Positions 30,635-39,397 of a stretch of 52,394 bases of DNA are shown one piece after another. Source of the stretch: a virus (lineage: Duplodnaviria; Caudoviricetes); the IMG/VR virus record IMGVR_UViG_3300044642_000273, positions 1-52,394 of that record. One strand, given 5' to 3'. The notes beneath the pieces are model-generated. The model did not search any database, had not been told where the DNA came from, and saw only the letters and a list, made by a program, of their open reading frames with translations. The stretch's first letter is position 1, and every line of letters begins with the position of its first letter. Made by a program: the position numbers and the translations under genes.

Positions 30635-30741
30635 TGAGTCCGTAAGGACGAAACCACCCAATATGAAATTCAACAAAACATCGTTGAGCGTATGCGACGA
30701 GCATCCCATTGGAGCTCCAAACTCCCAGAGTGGTCTTAGAT
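30625..30741 (+). ncRNA. hammerhead ribozyme 2 (type I) with 72-nt insertion in stem III
   Basis: AUCUAA-CUGAUGA-GUCC(GUAA)GGAC-GAAA-CCAC[72 nt]GUGG-UC/UUAGAU; predicted cut after 30735. Confidence 0.85.
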
Positions 30742-30755
30742 TAAAAGGAATTATT

Positions 30756-30968
30756 ATGAGTATTTATACAAGTGCATTAGCACGAATCGAAGAAGTAAAT
30801 CGATTAAACAAAAACTTAGGTCATAAAGACGAATGTGGAATTACTGAATCGAAAGATCCAGTCGGCGAAGTAGATCGCTCAGAAGCTGCTTACATTGTTA
30901 AGCGTGCTAAAGAGTTAGGTATTACTCCGTTTGAATTCATTATGAAACCTCTATCAGAGAAGAAATAA
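30756..30968 (+). CDS. hypothetical early protein
   Basis: ATG at 30756 behind AAAAGGA; shorter than the ORF-track call that runs through the ribozyme. Confidence 0.65.
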   Translation: MSIYTSALARIEEVNRLNKNLGHKDECGITESKDPVGEVDRSEAAYIVKRAKELGITPFEFIMKPLSEKK

Positions 30969-31092
30969 TGGATCACAGTAGTCCTAGTGTAACTGAAATT
31001 ATCGAATGGATAGCGACCATTGCGATGTGTACATCATTCTTTGTGATTACATCTTATATTATCGCTAAAATAATTTAATTAAAGGAAATATT

Positions 31093-31350
31093 ATGAAAAG
31101 AGACTATATTGCAGCTTACAATCAACTACAAAAGATCGGCGTTCCTGTATATGAGCATAGTGATGATAAAGGAAACTTTAGCATTGATGCAGAACATCCA
31201 GAATCGTATCTTTGGTGTGATTACTACGATGGTAGCTCCATCCCAGATTGGGACTTTGGCGTTAATCCAAAAATCGGACAAATCCTCTCAAAACGTGGAT
31301 TGTTCGCAGAATGGGTTAATCCAGGACGACTCGCTGTTTACATTATTTAA
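31093..31350 (+). CDS. hypothetical early protein
   Basis: AAAGGA RBS; 85 aa. Confidence 0.7.
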   Translation: MKRDYIAAYNQLQKIGVPVYEHSDDKGNFSIDAEHPESYLWCDYYDGSSIPDWDFGVNPKIGQILSKRGLFAEWVNPGRLAVYII

Positions 31351-31442
31351 AGTAAACGGAAAAGAGTATCACATACTTGCCTACGCTATGCAAATGGCGA
31401 ATGGCAAGGAAATAGAAATCATTAAACATAAAGGAAATTAAT

Positions 31443-31694
31443 ATGAACATGGAACAATTTAAAGAGTTGCAGCAGTATTATGCGCACGATCTATTTGACT
31501 TCGTCTATGGCGAAGGCTTATCATACGAGCTTTACGATAAACTATTTACCATCTATACCGAATCAGGTGAGATGCCTTATGGTGTCGCTAAAGCTCGAAC
31601 TGACGATCCATATACATGGATTGATGATCGCTTTACAGCGTTTATTGAGCAGAACAATCTGCAAGATGAATGTGCAATTGAAAACATTAATTAA
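31443..31694 (+). CDS. hypothetical acidic early protein
   Basis: AAAGGA RBS; GEMPYGVAKART.DP..WI motif. Confidence 0.7.
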   Translation: MNMEQFKELQQYYAHDLFDFVYGEGLSYELYDKLFTIYTESGEMPYGVAKARTDDPYTWIDDRFTAFIEQNNLQDECAIENIN

Positions 31695-31801
31695 GGAAAA
31701 CTTATGAAATATTATTTCGTATTACAAGATGGTTCAGTAGTGTTTGCAAAAACATACGTAGAGCTTAAAGATAAAATTAAACAATACATAGAAAGTAACT
31801 A

Positions 31802-31978
31802 ATGGAATTTATTACAGCACTTATAATCTTAGCAATTTTCGTAGTAGCGGTTATTGGTTATATCATGAACATTGTTAAACTTGTCAGATCTACAGAAATG
31901 ACAGGTAAAACTATTGCACGTGGAATTGGAATATTCTTCTTCCCATTGGGTGCAATCTTAGGTTATGTGTCTAACTGA
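31802..31978 (+). CDS. small membrane protein (58 aa, not in the ORF track)
   Basis: MEFITALIILAIFVVAVIGY...GIFFFPLGAILGYVSN; TGA stop lies in the core of hammerhead 3. Confidence 0.65.
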   Translation: MEFITALIILAIFVVAVIGYIMNIVKLVRSTEMTGKTIARGIGIFFFPLGAILGYVSN

Positions 31979-32019
31979 TGAGTCGGTAACGACGAAACCG
32001 TAGTGATACGGTCTTAGAC
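31969..32019 (+). ncRNA. hammerhead ribozyme 3 (type I)
   Basis: GUCUAA-CUGAUGA-GUCG(GUAA)CGAC-GAAA-CCGUA(GUGA)UACGG-UC/UUAGAC; predicted cut after 32013. Confidence 0.95.
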
Positions 32020-32043
32020 TAAAAGGAGTAGTAAACACTTATT

Positions 32044-32544
32044 ATGAAAAATAATATAAAAGTTGTTATATTGGCTACGTTGATCTTTTTATTAGGTTTG
32101 TTAATCGGTGTAATGATTAAACAAGAAAAAGAAGAGCCAATGATTGTAAAGCCTGTAACAACACAACAGTACGTGAAATACATACGACAAGAAGCTAAAA
32201 AGATCGGTTTAGATCCTGAATTAGCTCTTGCAGTGGCGATTACAGAAAGTGAATTGAACCCTGATGCTAGAAGTAAAGTAGGTGCTATTGGTATTATGCA
32301 AGTAATGCCGACAACTGCTAAATATCTAGGATTTGATCCACACGATCCTACAGAAAATATTAAAGGTGGCTTAGCTTACCTTAAATATCTTGTAGAAAAG
32401 TTTGGTGTAGAGCATGGTGTAGCAGCTTATAACGCTGGTCCAACCCGTATGCATAAAGTGCGTGCTGGTGCTTCAACAATGCCACGTGAAACTAAACACT
32501 ACATCAAGAAAGTAATCGCTAAGAAAAATGAATTAGAAGTTTAA
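32044..32544 (+). CDS. membrane-anchored lytic transglycosylase (SLT domain)
   Basis: N-terminal TM; ITES, GAIGIMQVMPTT, AAYNAGP, ET.HY motifs. Confidence 0.9.
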   Translation: MKNNIKVVILATLIFLLGLLIGVMIKQEKEEPMIVKPVTTQQYVKYIRQEAKKIGLDPELALAVAITESELNPDARSKVGAIGIMQVMPTTAKYLGFDPHDPTENIKGGLAYLKYLVEKFGVEHGVAAYNAGPTRMHKVRAGASTMPRETKHYIKKVIAKKNELEV

Positions 32545-32562
32545 TATTATAAAGGAAATAAA

Positions 32563-32709
32563 ATGGAAATGAAGTATTTAATTATCGCAATCGGTATAGT
32601 GTATTTACTAATTGGTATCGATCAGCTTCGCAAAGGAGCTGTTGGTAACTTTATTATTTATGCTGGATATGCGTTTAGTAACGTCGGCCTATTTATGATG
32701 GCCAAATAA
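32563..32709 (+). CDS. small membrane protein (48 aa, not in the ORF track)
   Basis: AAAGGA RBS; MEMKYLIIAIGIVYLLIG... hydrophobic. Confidence 0.6.
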   Translation: MEMKYLIIAIGIVYLLIGIDQLRKGAVGNFIIYAGYAFSNVGLFMMAK

Positions 32710-32860
32710 GATTGCCTGGTTGGAGCATCACGAAAGTGAAAACAACCTAGCGCTTATTCGCTCTACCCTTTGATCGGGTAAGCGCACGCTTTTGCATCTT
32801 GAGCGGAAAAATCAAGGTGCCATTTGGAATGCATTTTACACTAGAATGTATTCCCAATGA
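32705..32860 (+). ncRNA. candidate structured RNA element
   Basis: Four consecutive helical domains in an intergenic gap, including a GAAA-capped hairpin and G-U-containing stems; family not recognised. Confidence 0.4.
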
Positions 32861-32902
32861 CTCAACTATTACGTAAGTTATTGATTTTAATAAGGAAATT
32901 TT

Positions 32903-33250
32903 ATGAATATACAAGAAATGAGAGCCAACTTTCTAAATGGCAAATTATATGCAATGCATCATGCTTACTCAGACGTTAATCCGTATGAAGTATTACGAGT
33001 TGTAAGTGATAATTGTTTGGAGATACGTGCAATGGACCATGAAAATGATCCTAACGATATGCCAAAGTTTATAGCAGGTGGCTTTAGCGTCATTTGCACT
33101 CATTTTGGATCTCGAGTAATCACTTCAAATCCAAATAATCGTGTAATTCGTATTAGACGTAGAAAGAAAGATCCAAATAGATGGGTTCACAAAGGTATGA
33201 GATTTACCTTAGATGTAGAACCTCATGCTTATTACGATCATAATTTCTAA
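32903..33250 (+). CDS. hypothetical protein
   Basis: AAGGA RBS; 115 aa. Confidence 0.7.
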   Translation: MNIQEMRANFLNGKLYAMHHAYSDVNPYEVLRVVSDNCLEIRAMDHENDPNDMPKFIAGGFSVICTHFGSRVITSNPNNRVIRIRRRKKDPNRWVHKGMRFTLDVEPHAYYDHNF

Positions 33251-33367
33251 TATGATAATACTAATACTATTACTGGGTATTATGACCATCAACGTTATAC
33301 TAGCTTTTGTTTTACGCAAGTATAGCATTTATAAAGATTCAGATTTTAAAGGAAAAGATAAGAAATA

Positions 33368-33637
33368 ATGTATAATCAATTTAGAGAACATGTAAGATTT
33401 AAAGACTATGGCACTACTAGAGCAGAGCTAATCGAAGAGTTTAGAAAATTCTATGACGCTGATTTAGAGAAAGCCACTAAACAGTTTGAGTTTCATGAAG
33501 AGATGGCAGGACACAATTTCCTAGTTGTTGCAGTTACTAGACAACCAGTCAATTCTTTAGGACATCATACTATTGAGGTAACATTGGCACCAATAGACAA
33601 AGTAGATGATGATTTAATCTACCCGGAAGGAGACTAA
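33368..33637 (+). CDS. hypothetical protein
   Basis: 89 aa ORF abutting the ligase gene. Confidence 0.6.
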   Translation: MYNQFREHVRFKDYGTTRAELIEEFRKFYDADLEKATKQFEFHEEMAGHNFLVVAVTRQPVNSLGHHTIEVTLAPIDKVDDDLIYPEGD

Positions 33638-33638
33638 T

Positions 33639-34472
33639 ATGAGTGAATTTAAACTAATGTTAGCATCTGTATGTGATCCAGCAAAGCTTGTCTTTCCTAA
33701 ACTCGCATCACCAAAACTTGACGGTATTCGTTGCACCATTCGTAATGGCACTGCGCTAAGCCGTAACGGTAAACCTATTCGAAATAAGTTTGTGCAGTCC
33801 ATTATTGGTAACAATCACTTAAACGGATTGGATGGCGAACTTATGGTTGGCGATCCAACTGCAAGTGATGCTTTCCGTCAAGCAACGTCTGGCGTTATGT
33901 CAGAAGACGGTGAGCCAAAGTTTACGTTTATGGTGTTTGACTATTACCATTCAGACTTAGGCTTTAGTGACCGCTTACAGTTAGCGAAAGAGATGGTGCA
34001 AGACTTTGGCGTACCTAAATACGTAAAGATTGTGCCACATAAGAAAGTAAAAGACATCGCTCAGCTAGACGCTCTTGAAGAGAAATGGCTTGAAGATGGA
34101 TACGAAGGTGTTATGCTACGTTCATTAGATGGTCCATACAAACTTGGACGATCAAGCGTAACTGAAGGACATTTACTGAAAGTGAAACGCTTTAGCGATG
34201 CTGAAGCTACTATCGTAAGCTACGTAGAAGAAATCCATGGCAAAACACAATTGCCAAAGAATTCTTTAGGTAAGTTTATGTGCCGTACACCAGAAGGTAT
34301 TGTATTCGGTGTAGGTGGTGGATATAGCGCTAAAGAGCGCAAAGAGTTTTGGGAAAATCGAGATGCGATGATTGGACTTACGTTGAAGTATAAATACTTT
34401 ACTGTAGGTATGAAAGATGCTCCACGATTCCCGACATTCTTAGGTATTCGTGATGAAAACGATATGAGTTAA
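33639..34472 (+). CDS. lig: ATP-dependent DNA ligase
   Basis: KLDGIR adenylation motif, LDGEL, FD, EGVMLR, LKVK, PRFP.F. Confidence 0.95.
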   Translation: MSEFKLMLASVCDPAKLVFPKLASPKLDGIRCTIRNGTALSRNGKPIRNKFVQSIIGNNHLNGLDGELMVGDPTASDAFRQATSGVMSEDGEPKFTFMVFDYYHSDLGFSDRLQLAKEMVQDFGVPKYVKIVPHKKVKDIAQLDALEEKWLEDGYEGVMLRSLDGPYKLGRSSVTEGHLLKVKRFSDAEATIVSYVEEIHGKTQLPKNSLGKFMCRTPEGIVFGVGGGYSAKERKEFWENRDAMIGLTLKYKYFTVGMKDAPRFPTFLGIRDENDMS

Positions 34473-34518
34473 ACTGATGAGGCTTTAGTAGCCGAAACGC
34501 CGTGACGGCGTCTTTAAC
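34468..34518 (+). ncRNA. hammerhead ribozyme 4 (type I)
   Basis: GUUAAA-CUGAUGA-GGCU(UUAGU)AGCC-GAAA-CGCCG(UGA)CGGCG-UC/UUUAAC; predicted cut after 34512; ligase TAA lies in stem I. Confidence 0.95.
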
Positions 34519-34536
34519 ATTTTATAAAGGAATATT

Positions 34537-34923
34537 ATGGGATTAGATATGTTTGCGCATAGCGTCGCTAAAAATAACGCTATTGATGACCTCACTATGA
34601 CTAGTGATACTGACAGTCCACAAGATAACGTTGAAATTTTCTATTGGAGAAAACATCACGATTTGCATGGATGGATGAAAGAGCTATTTCATTCTAAAGG
34701 TGGTGAAGGTGAGTTTAATCTTCAACCTATTCGTCTTACATTAGATGATTTAGATAAACTCGAAGCAGCGGTGTTACAAAACACTCTACCTTTTACTACA
34801 GGAATGTTTTTCGGAAACAACCCGCCTGATGAAGAATCGCAGACGCGTGATTTAACGTTTATTGACAAAGCACGCTCACACATCTATGTTGGACGTGAAA
34901 TTTATTATAACTCTTGGTGGTAA
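34537..34923 (+). CDS. conserved phage hypothetical protein
   Basis: MGLDM...YWRKH..LHGWM...YYNSWW pattern; AAAGGA RBS. Confidence 0.75.
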   Translation: MGLDMFAHSVAKNNAIDDLTMTSDTDSPQDNVEIFYWRKHHDLHGWMKELFHSKGGEGEFNLQPIRLTLDDLDKLEAAVLQNTLPFTTGMFFGNNPPDEESQTRDLTFIDKARSHIYVGREIYYNSWW

Positions 34924-34925
34924 TC

Positions 34926-35156
34926 ATGGAAAAATGGCTTACCTTAACCAAATGGTTAGGAACTATTTTGTGTCTAACAGGTATAGCACTTACTAGCTTC
35001 AACATTTATCCGTTAAATATTGTACTAAGCCTTATAGGCAGCTTACTATGGACAGTGGCAGGATTCCTTCAAAAGGATCCTCCATTAATCTTAGTAGAAG
35101 CAGCTGCGGTTGGGCTTTACTTTATTGGTATAATTACTTATTTAGGAACATTATGA
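34926..35156 (+). CDS. small membrane protein
   Basis: Three hydrophobic segments; probable ATG at 34926. Confidence 0.65.
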   Translation: MEKWLTLTKWLGTILCLTGIALTSFNIYPLNIVLSLIGSLLWTVAGFLQKDPPLILVEAAAVGLYFIGIITYLGTL

Positions 35157-35410
35157 AAAAATTTAAGATAGGAGATTTAGTCGCTGTAAACACTTTACCT
35201 GATTGCCAAGTATATCATCTATACGAGCAACATCAGAGAAATAAGTTTATGTTTTATCTAACTTACTACTCAAATGGGAAGTTGTGCGGCGGAGGTTGGT
35301 TAGACGTTAGCGCTTTTCGCGAACCGTCAAAGGATCAACTTAAAAACTACATAGCTACATCGCTGCCTGAAATCGGCGTATCTGCTACTGAAGATGCAGT
35401 AACAAATTAA
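35153..35410 (+). CDS. hypothetical protein
   Basis: Probable start MKKFKIGD at 35153 overlapping the upstream stop (ATGA). Confidence 0.6.
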   Translation: MKKFKIGDLVAVNTLPDCQVYHLYEQHQRNKFMFYLTYYSNGKLCGGGWLDVSAFREPSKDQLKNYIATSLPEIGVSATEDAVTN

Positions 35411-35427
35411 TTTATAAGGAAAACATT

Positions 35428-35889
35428 ATGAAAGAAAATAAATTGGCTCAAATGCCAGCAGGTAAGTATTGGATTGGTGACTTGTGTTATGTAATGCACG
35501 ATAATTGGGATGAGTTTTGCCAAAAAGCTTACGACAGTGAAACTGGTAAAGACAACAATGGTCTTATGGTTCTCAATAACGGCACCAAAGTCGCATGGTT
35601 TAACACTAAGTGGGGCGATGGACTCTATCGCGATACCAGAGGTAATAGGTATCCTGTAGACGCAGGTCTTATTGGGTGCATAAAGATGAACGACATCGAC
35701 TTTGACCATCCGCATAACGATCTACTTGGAGGCAATATAGTCTCATTCAAAGAAGATTTCGAATGTGGATATGAAAATGGTCTTATTTGGTTTGGTCATG
35801 GCAAAGACTCAGTTGAAATTCAAACTGACGATATGTATGGCGAAGACGAAGAGGAAGAAGACGAAGATTACGAACAATCTTATAACTAA
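35428..35889 (+). CDS. conserved phage hypothetical protein with acidic tail
   Basis: YWIGDLCYVM, T.WGDG.Y, VDAGLIG motifs. Confidence 0.7.
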   Translation: MKENKLAQMPAGKYWIGDLCYVMHDNWDEFCQKAYDSETGKDNNGLMVLNNGTKVAWFNTKWGDGLYRDTRGNRYPVDAGLIGCIKMNDIDFDHPHNDLLGGNIVSFKEDFECGYENGLIWFGHGKDSVEIQTDDMYGEDEEEEDEDYEQSYN

Positions 35890-36070
35890 GGAAAAAACAA
35901 ATGGACATTATTGCACAACGTGAAAGAATGCGTAATCGCAAAAAAGTATTAACAGAGCAAGTTAAGACATTGTTAGCACAAGAAGAGTATGACGATTACG
36001 TTGTTGCTCTTGCTAAAGGAAGAGTGTTTGAACTTGAAGAACAGTATTATGAATTATTTGGAGAAGATTT

Positions 36071-36397
36071 ATGAAATCTAATAAACAACGAACAGAAAAC
36101 TGGGTCGCTACTCTACCTACACTCACCTCGCCAGAAGACCAAATGGCCTTAGCAGCCATTAAGTCGTCTGTAAAGGCTATCAACATGCAAAATGCGCATC
36201 ACGATCACTTAGCTTATGGCAAAGGGTGGAGAAGTTATAAGCGTTTCGATGCTGATTGTAACGAGCGCCGCTTACCTCGCTATCGCGTCACCATTAGAGC
36301 GCGTGGTCCAGTTGATGGACATAAGTATGGATGGGGCGGGTATCTCAAACTCGCTGGTGGTAGCCGCTTTGACATCTACATTCACGAAAGACGCTAA
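36071..36397 (+). CDS. hypothetical protein
   Basis: GGAG RBS; 108 aa. Confidence 0.6.
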   Translation: MKSNKQRTENWVATLPTLTSPEDQMALAAIKSSVKAINMQNAHHDHLAYGKGWRSYKRFDADCNERRLPRYRVTIRARGPVDGHKYGWGGYLKLAGGSRFDIYIHERR

Positions 36398-36591
36398 TGA
36401 CTAAATTTATCGTAGTGGAAACAACTAAAGAAAATAAAGATCGTAAACTCGCTGTAAAAGACTCTTTAGCTGAAGCTATGAAAGAGCAAAAGAAACAGCG
36501 AAAGCTAGTGCCTGATACTTCAGCTGTCAGTATTGCTGAGAAAGACACTTACGATTTTATTCAAAAGCATAACAAGAAAAAGTCAAACTGA
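36397..36591 (+). CDS. small basic hypothetical protein
   Basis: TAATG overlap with the upstream gene; TGA stop lies in the core of hammerhead 5. Confidence 0.65.
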   Translation: MTKFIVVETTKENKDRKLAVKDSLAEAMKEQKKQRKLVPDTSAVSIAEKDTYDFIQKHNKKKSN

Positions 36592-36632
36592 TGAGTCCTC
36601 AATGGACGAAACGCCGAGATGGCGTATTTGAC
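36582..36632 (+). ncRNA. hammerhead ribozyme 5 (type I, GUA site)
   Basis: GUCAAA-CUGAUGA-GUCC(UCAAU)GGAC-GAAA-CGCC(GAGAU)GGCG-UA/UUUGAC; predicted cut after 36626. Confidence 0.93.
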
Positions 36633-36692
36633 ACTCCGTATCGCTACGGAGACCCAACTATAACGTAAGTTATTGATTATAAAGGACTTATT

Positions 36693-37031
36693 ATGAAAGA
36701 GTTATTAACATTAATACGTAGACGCTTAAGCGACGCAAAAGAGCGCGTAAATAAGCAAGCAAAGAAATCACGATATTTAGAGTTTAACGTGACTGTAGAG
36801 TATTTACTACAACTATGGATGAAACAGAATGGAAAATGCGCTATTGAGAATATTCCACTATCAATAGAAACACACTCTATTACAATTGCTTCATTAGACA
36901 GAATTAACTCTGATGTTGGATACGTAGAAGGAAACGTTCAATGGGTTACAAAGCGCGTAAATATCGCAAAAAGTAATCTATCTGACGCTGACTTTAAAGC
37001 AATGATTTTCAACGCTTACAAAGGACTTTAA
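36693..37031 (+). CDS. HNH-like endonuclease-fold protein
   Basis: LW.KQ.GKCA, SLDRINS..GY..GNVQWV...VN.AK. Confidence 0.75.
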   Translation: MKELLTLIRRRLSDAKERVNKQAKKSRYLEFNVTVEYLLQLWMKQNGKCAIENIPLSIETHSITIASLDRINSDVGYVEGNVQWVTKRVNIAKSNLSDADFKAMIFNAYKGL

Positions 37032-37032
37032 T

Positions 37033-37305
37033 ATGGCTGGAGAGCAAGCAAGTAGTGTATCAACGCGAGAATTTAAAGGCTATAAAGTAAAGCCTCATAA
37101 TAAACCACCATCATCGGTATATTTCAATCAAATTAAAAAGTTTATAATTGAGAGATATCCAACGATGTATACTATATGCAAAGAACGGTATGGAGAAAAA
37201 GAGTGGTGGGAGATTGTGTATAAAGAAATGACAGAATACACTTTCGACTTTGAAGACAATCAAGCAAGATTTCTATACGCAAAGTACGTAAAGGAGTTTA
37301 AATGA
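37033..37305 (+). CDS. hypothetical protein
   Basis: AAGGA RBS; 90 aa. Confidence 0.6.
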   Translation: MAGEQASSVSTREFKGYKVKPHNKPPSSVYFNQIKKFIIERYPTMYTICKERYGEKEWWEIVYKEMTEYTFDFEDNQARFLYAKYVKEFK

Positions 37306-37784
37306 ATATTTTCTACTTAGCAGCAGATCCGTATGTGGCAGCATCTATGCATTGTGATAAACACGTTTGTAAAATGATTATTGAAACAGCACAAATGTTG
37401 TCATCAGTGCAAGCAAGGTATGGATCAGACAATACTCCTTACAAACCTACTCACGTAAAACATCCATCAACGTTATGGGCAGGTGATTCTGCTTCTAACT
37501 ATAAATGGCTAGTGAGCTTAGGTAAAGGCTTATGTAATGAATACACTAGACGGTATGGCAAAATCCATAAGACGCAAGAGATTATAGACAAATTGTCGGA
37601 ATCTCCTGATGGTCTACCGGATGTTGGATATACTAAGATGCCACAGTGTATGCCTGAAGAGTATAAGACTGAAGATTCTATTACTGCTTATCGTAATTAT
37701 TACATTGCTGATAAAATGCGATTTGCAAAATGGAAATATACAGAAACACCAGCATGGTGGCCAAGTGTAACTGAAGAGGCTTGA
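37302..37784 (+). CDS. pyrimidine-dimer DNA glycosylase / endonuclease V-like family protein
   Basis: MNIFYL, HCDKHV.KMI.E.AQMLS, YKPTH..HP, EY..RYGK.H, AYR.YY motifs. Confidence 0.7.
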   Translation: MNIFYLAADPYVAASMHCDKHVCKMIIETAQMLSSVQARYGSDNTPYKPTHVKHPSTLWAGDSASNYKWLVSLGKGLCNEYTRRYGKIHKTQEIIDKLSESPDGLPDVGYTKMPQCMPEEYKTEDSITAYRNYYIADKMRFAKWKYTETPAWWPSVTEEA

Positions 37785-37815
37785 ATAGCCGAAACGCCGA
37801 GATGGCGTCTTACAC
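37765..37815 (+). ncRNA. hammerhead ribozyme 6 (type I, CUGAAGA core)
   Basis: GUGUAA-CUGAAGA-GGCU(UGAAU)AGCC-GAAA-CGCC(GAGAU)GGCG-UC/UUACAC; predicted cut after 37809. Confidence 0.93.
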
Positions 37816-37832
37816 ATTATTAAAGGAGGAAG

Positions 37833-39389
37833 ATGAGTACAGTAAAAGAAAAGTTGTACGTCCTTCGACGTGAAAAATCGGTCTTAGAGGCCGACTTGCG
37901 ATCTCTAAAAGCGAGACGTGAGAATGCCAAGCGCGCTAACAGACAGGCTATTGACGTAGGTCCTGATCCGTTTTACTATCGCGTAGGTATGGACTTTCGC
38001 GGTCGCCTTTACTATAAAGGTGCCCACTTAAATCCACAAATGGGTGATGATGTAAAGGTAGTATTGACGTTAGCCAATAAGAAACCTCTAGGCACTAATG
38101 GACTCCATTGGTTATGTTGGGGAGTCGCTTCTGCGGCTGGCTACGATAAAGCCGCTTTTGGTGCACGTGTTACATACACTCGTGAGCATTTGCAAGAGAT
38201 ACGTAAGGCAGTAGAAGACCCATCAACATCAGATTATTTTATAAACACTGTGATGAAAGATGGTGAGCCTGCGCTATTTCTTCAACGCGCTAATGAGTTG
38301 ATTAATGCGATAGATAGTGGTGATAGCGCTTCATACGAGACTGATGTAACGATCGCTATGGACGCTACATGCTCTGGTTTGCAGATTCTATCAGCAGTCG
38401 CTAAGGATCGTCAAGGTGGTAGTTTAGTAAACATCACTGAAACTCCTGAAACGCAGACTGAAAAGGCTGATGTGTATGGCACAGTTGCAAAACTAATCTT
38501 GAAGAAGTATTCACAACTTCCAGAAAACTATTTTGCACAATGGGTAATTCTAAATGGAATACCTCGAAGATTTACTAAGCGTCCTGTTATGACATTACCT
38601 TATTCAGCTACTATTCGTAGTGCTATCGGTTATGTCCAGACAGAGTTGCAAGGTAATTCAGAAAAAGGTATTGCACCTTATCCTTTACCACCATCAGAAG
38701 AAGATAGACGACGTTTACAACTATCAATTAAATCTCTAATGGGTAAAGAAGAATCAGGCGAAGTAAAGTTGGACGATAATTCACTTTATTACGGTATGGC
38801 AACTCTTATTGCGCGTGACATTCACGGCGTATGTAGAGAAACTATTCCTGCCGCAATGACTCTTCTTGAATTCTTTAAATCTACACCAAAGAAGTTATAC
38901 GATCACGCTATTTGGAATACTCCTGATGGCTTATATGTAAAACAGCGCTATGGCGTTGAAGAAGAGAGTCGTACTAAGTATACGCTAACATGGGTAGACC
39001 AAGATACTGGTGAGATTTGCCAGAAACTTATCCAACGTAGATATGCGTATATCGACCCAAGTGATAGAGATAGAAGTAAAGCGTCTAACGGTATGCCTCC
39101 TAATTGGGTGCACTCTTTAGATGGCACATTAGTGCGTAGAGTTATGCTAAGCGCTCCTTTTGAGATTATCGCCATCCATGATTCATTCGCTGCACATCCT
39201 GCAGACTGTGATGATTTGGCTAGAATCTTACGTGAGCAATTCGTATGGATCGTTGAGCAAGAGCCTTTGCAACGCTTAATCGATCAGCTTAACGCGCAAG
39301 TTGGAGAAGAGGTCTTTAAGTCAGAGCCACTTATGTTAAATACGTGGAATCCTAAAGAAGCCTTAAACTCTGAATTTCTATTTTGTTAA
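37833..39389 (+). CDS. T7-like RNA polymerase, C-terminal (catalytic) subunit
   Basis: DFRGRLY, DATCSGLQ (motif A), R-x3-K-x7-YS (motif B), PNWVHSLDG, IHDSF (motif C), C-terminal FLFC; lacks the N-terminal domain. Confidence 0.95.
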   Translation: MSTVKEKLYVLRREKSVLEADLRSLKARRENAKRANRQAIDVGPDPFYYRVGMDFRGRLYYKGAHLNPQMGDDVKVVLTLANKKPLGTNGLHWLCWGVASAAGYDKAAFGARVTYTREHLQEIRKAVEDPSTSDYFINTVMKDGEPALFLQRANELINAIDSGDSASYETDVTIAMDATCSGLQILSAVAKDRQGGSLVNITETPETQTEKADVYGTVAKLILKKYSQLPENYFAQWVILNGIPRRFTKRPVMTLPYSATIRSAIGYVQTELQGNSEKGIAPYPLPPSEEDRRRLQLSIKSLMGKEESGEVKLDDNSLYYGMATLIARDIHGVCRETIPAAMTLLEFFKSTPKKLYDHAIWNTPDGLYVKQRYGVEEESRTKYTLTWVDQDTGEICQKLIQRRYAYIDPSDRDRSKASNGMPPNWVHSLDGTLVRRVMLSAPFEIIAIHDSFAAHPADCDDLARILREQFVWIVEQEPLQRLIDQLNAQVGEEVFKSEPLMLNTWNPKEALNSEFLFC

Positions 39390-39397
39390 GGAGTTAC

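Noticed and set aside
30618-30755. N-terminal extension of ORF 30618..30968 given in the ORF track
   Set aside because: It uses a TTG start without an RBS and runs through hammerhead 2; the ATG at 30756 has a clear AAAAGGA RBS.
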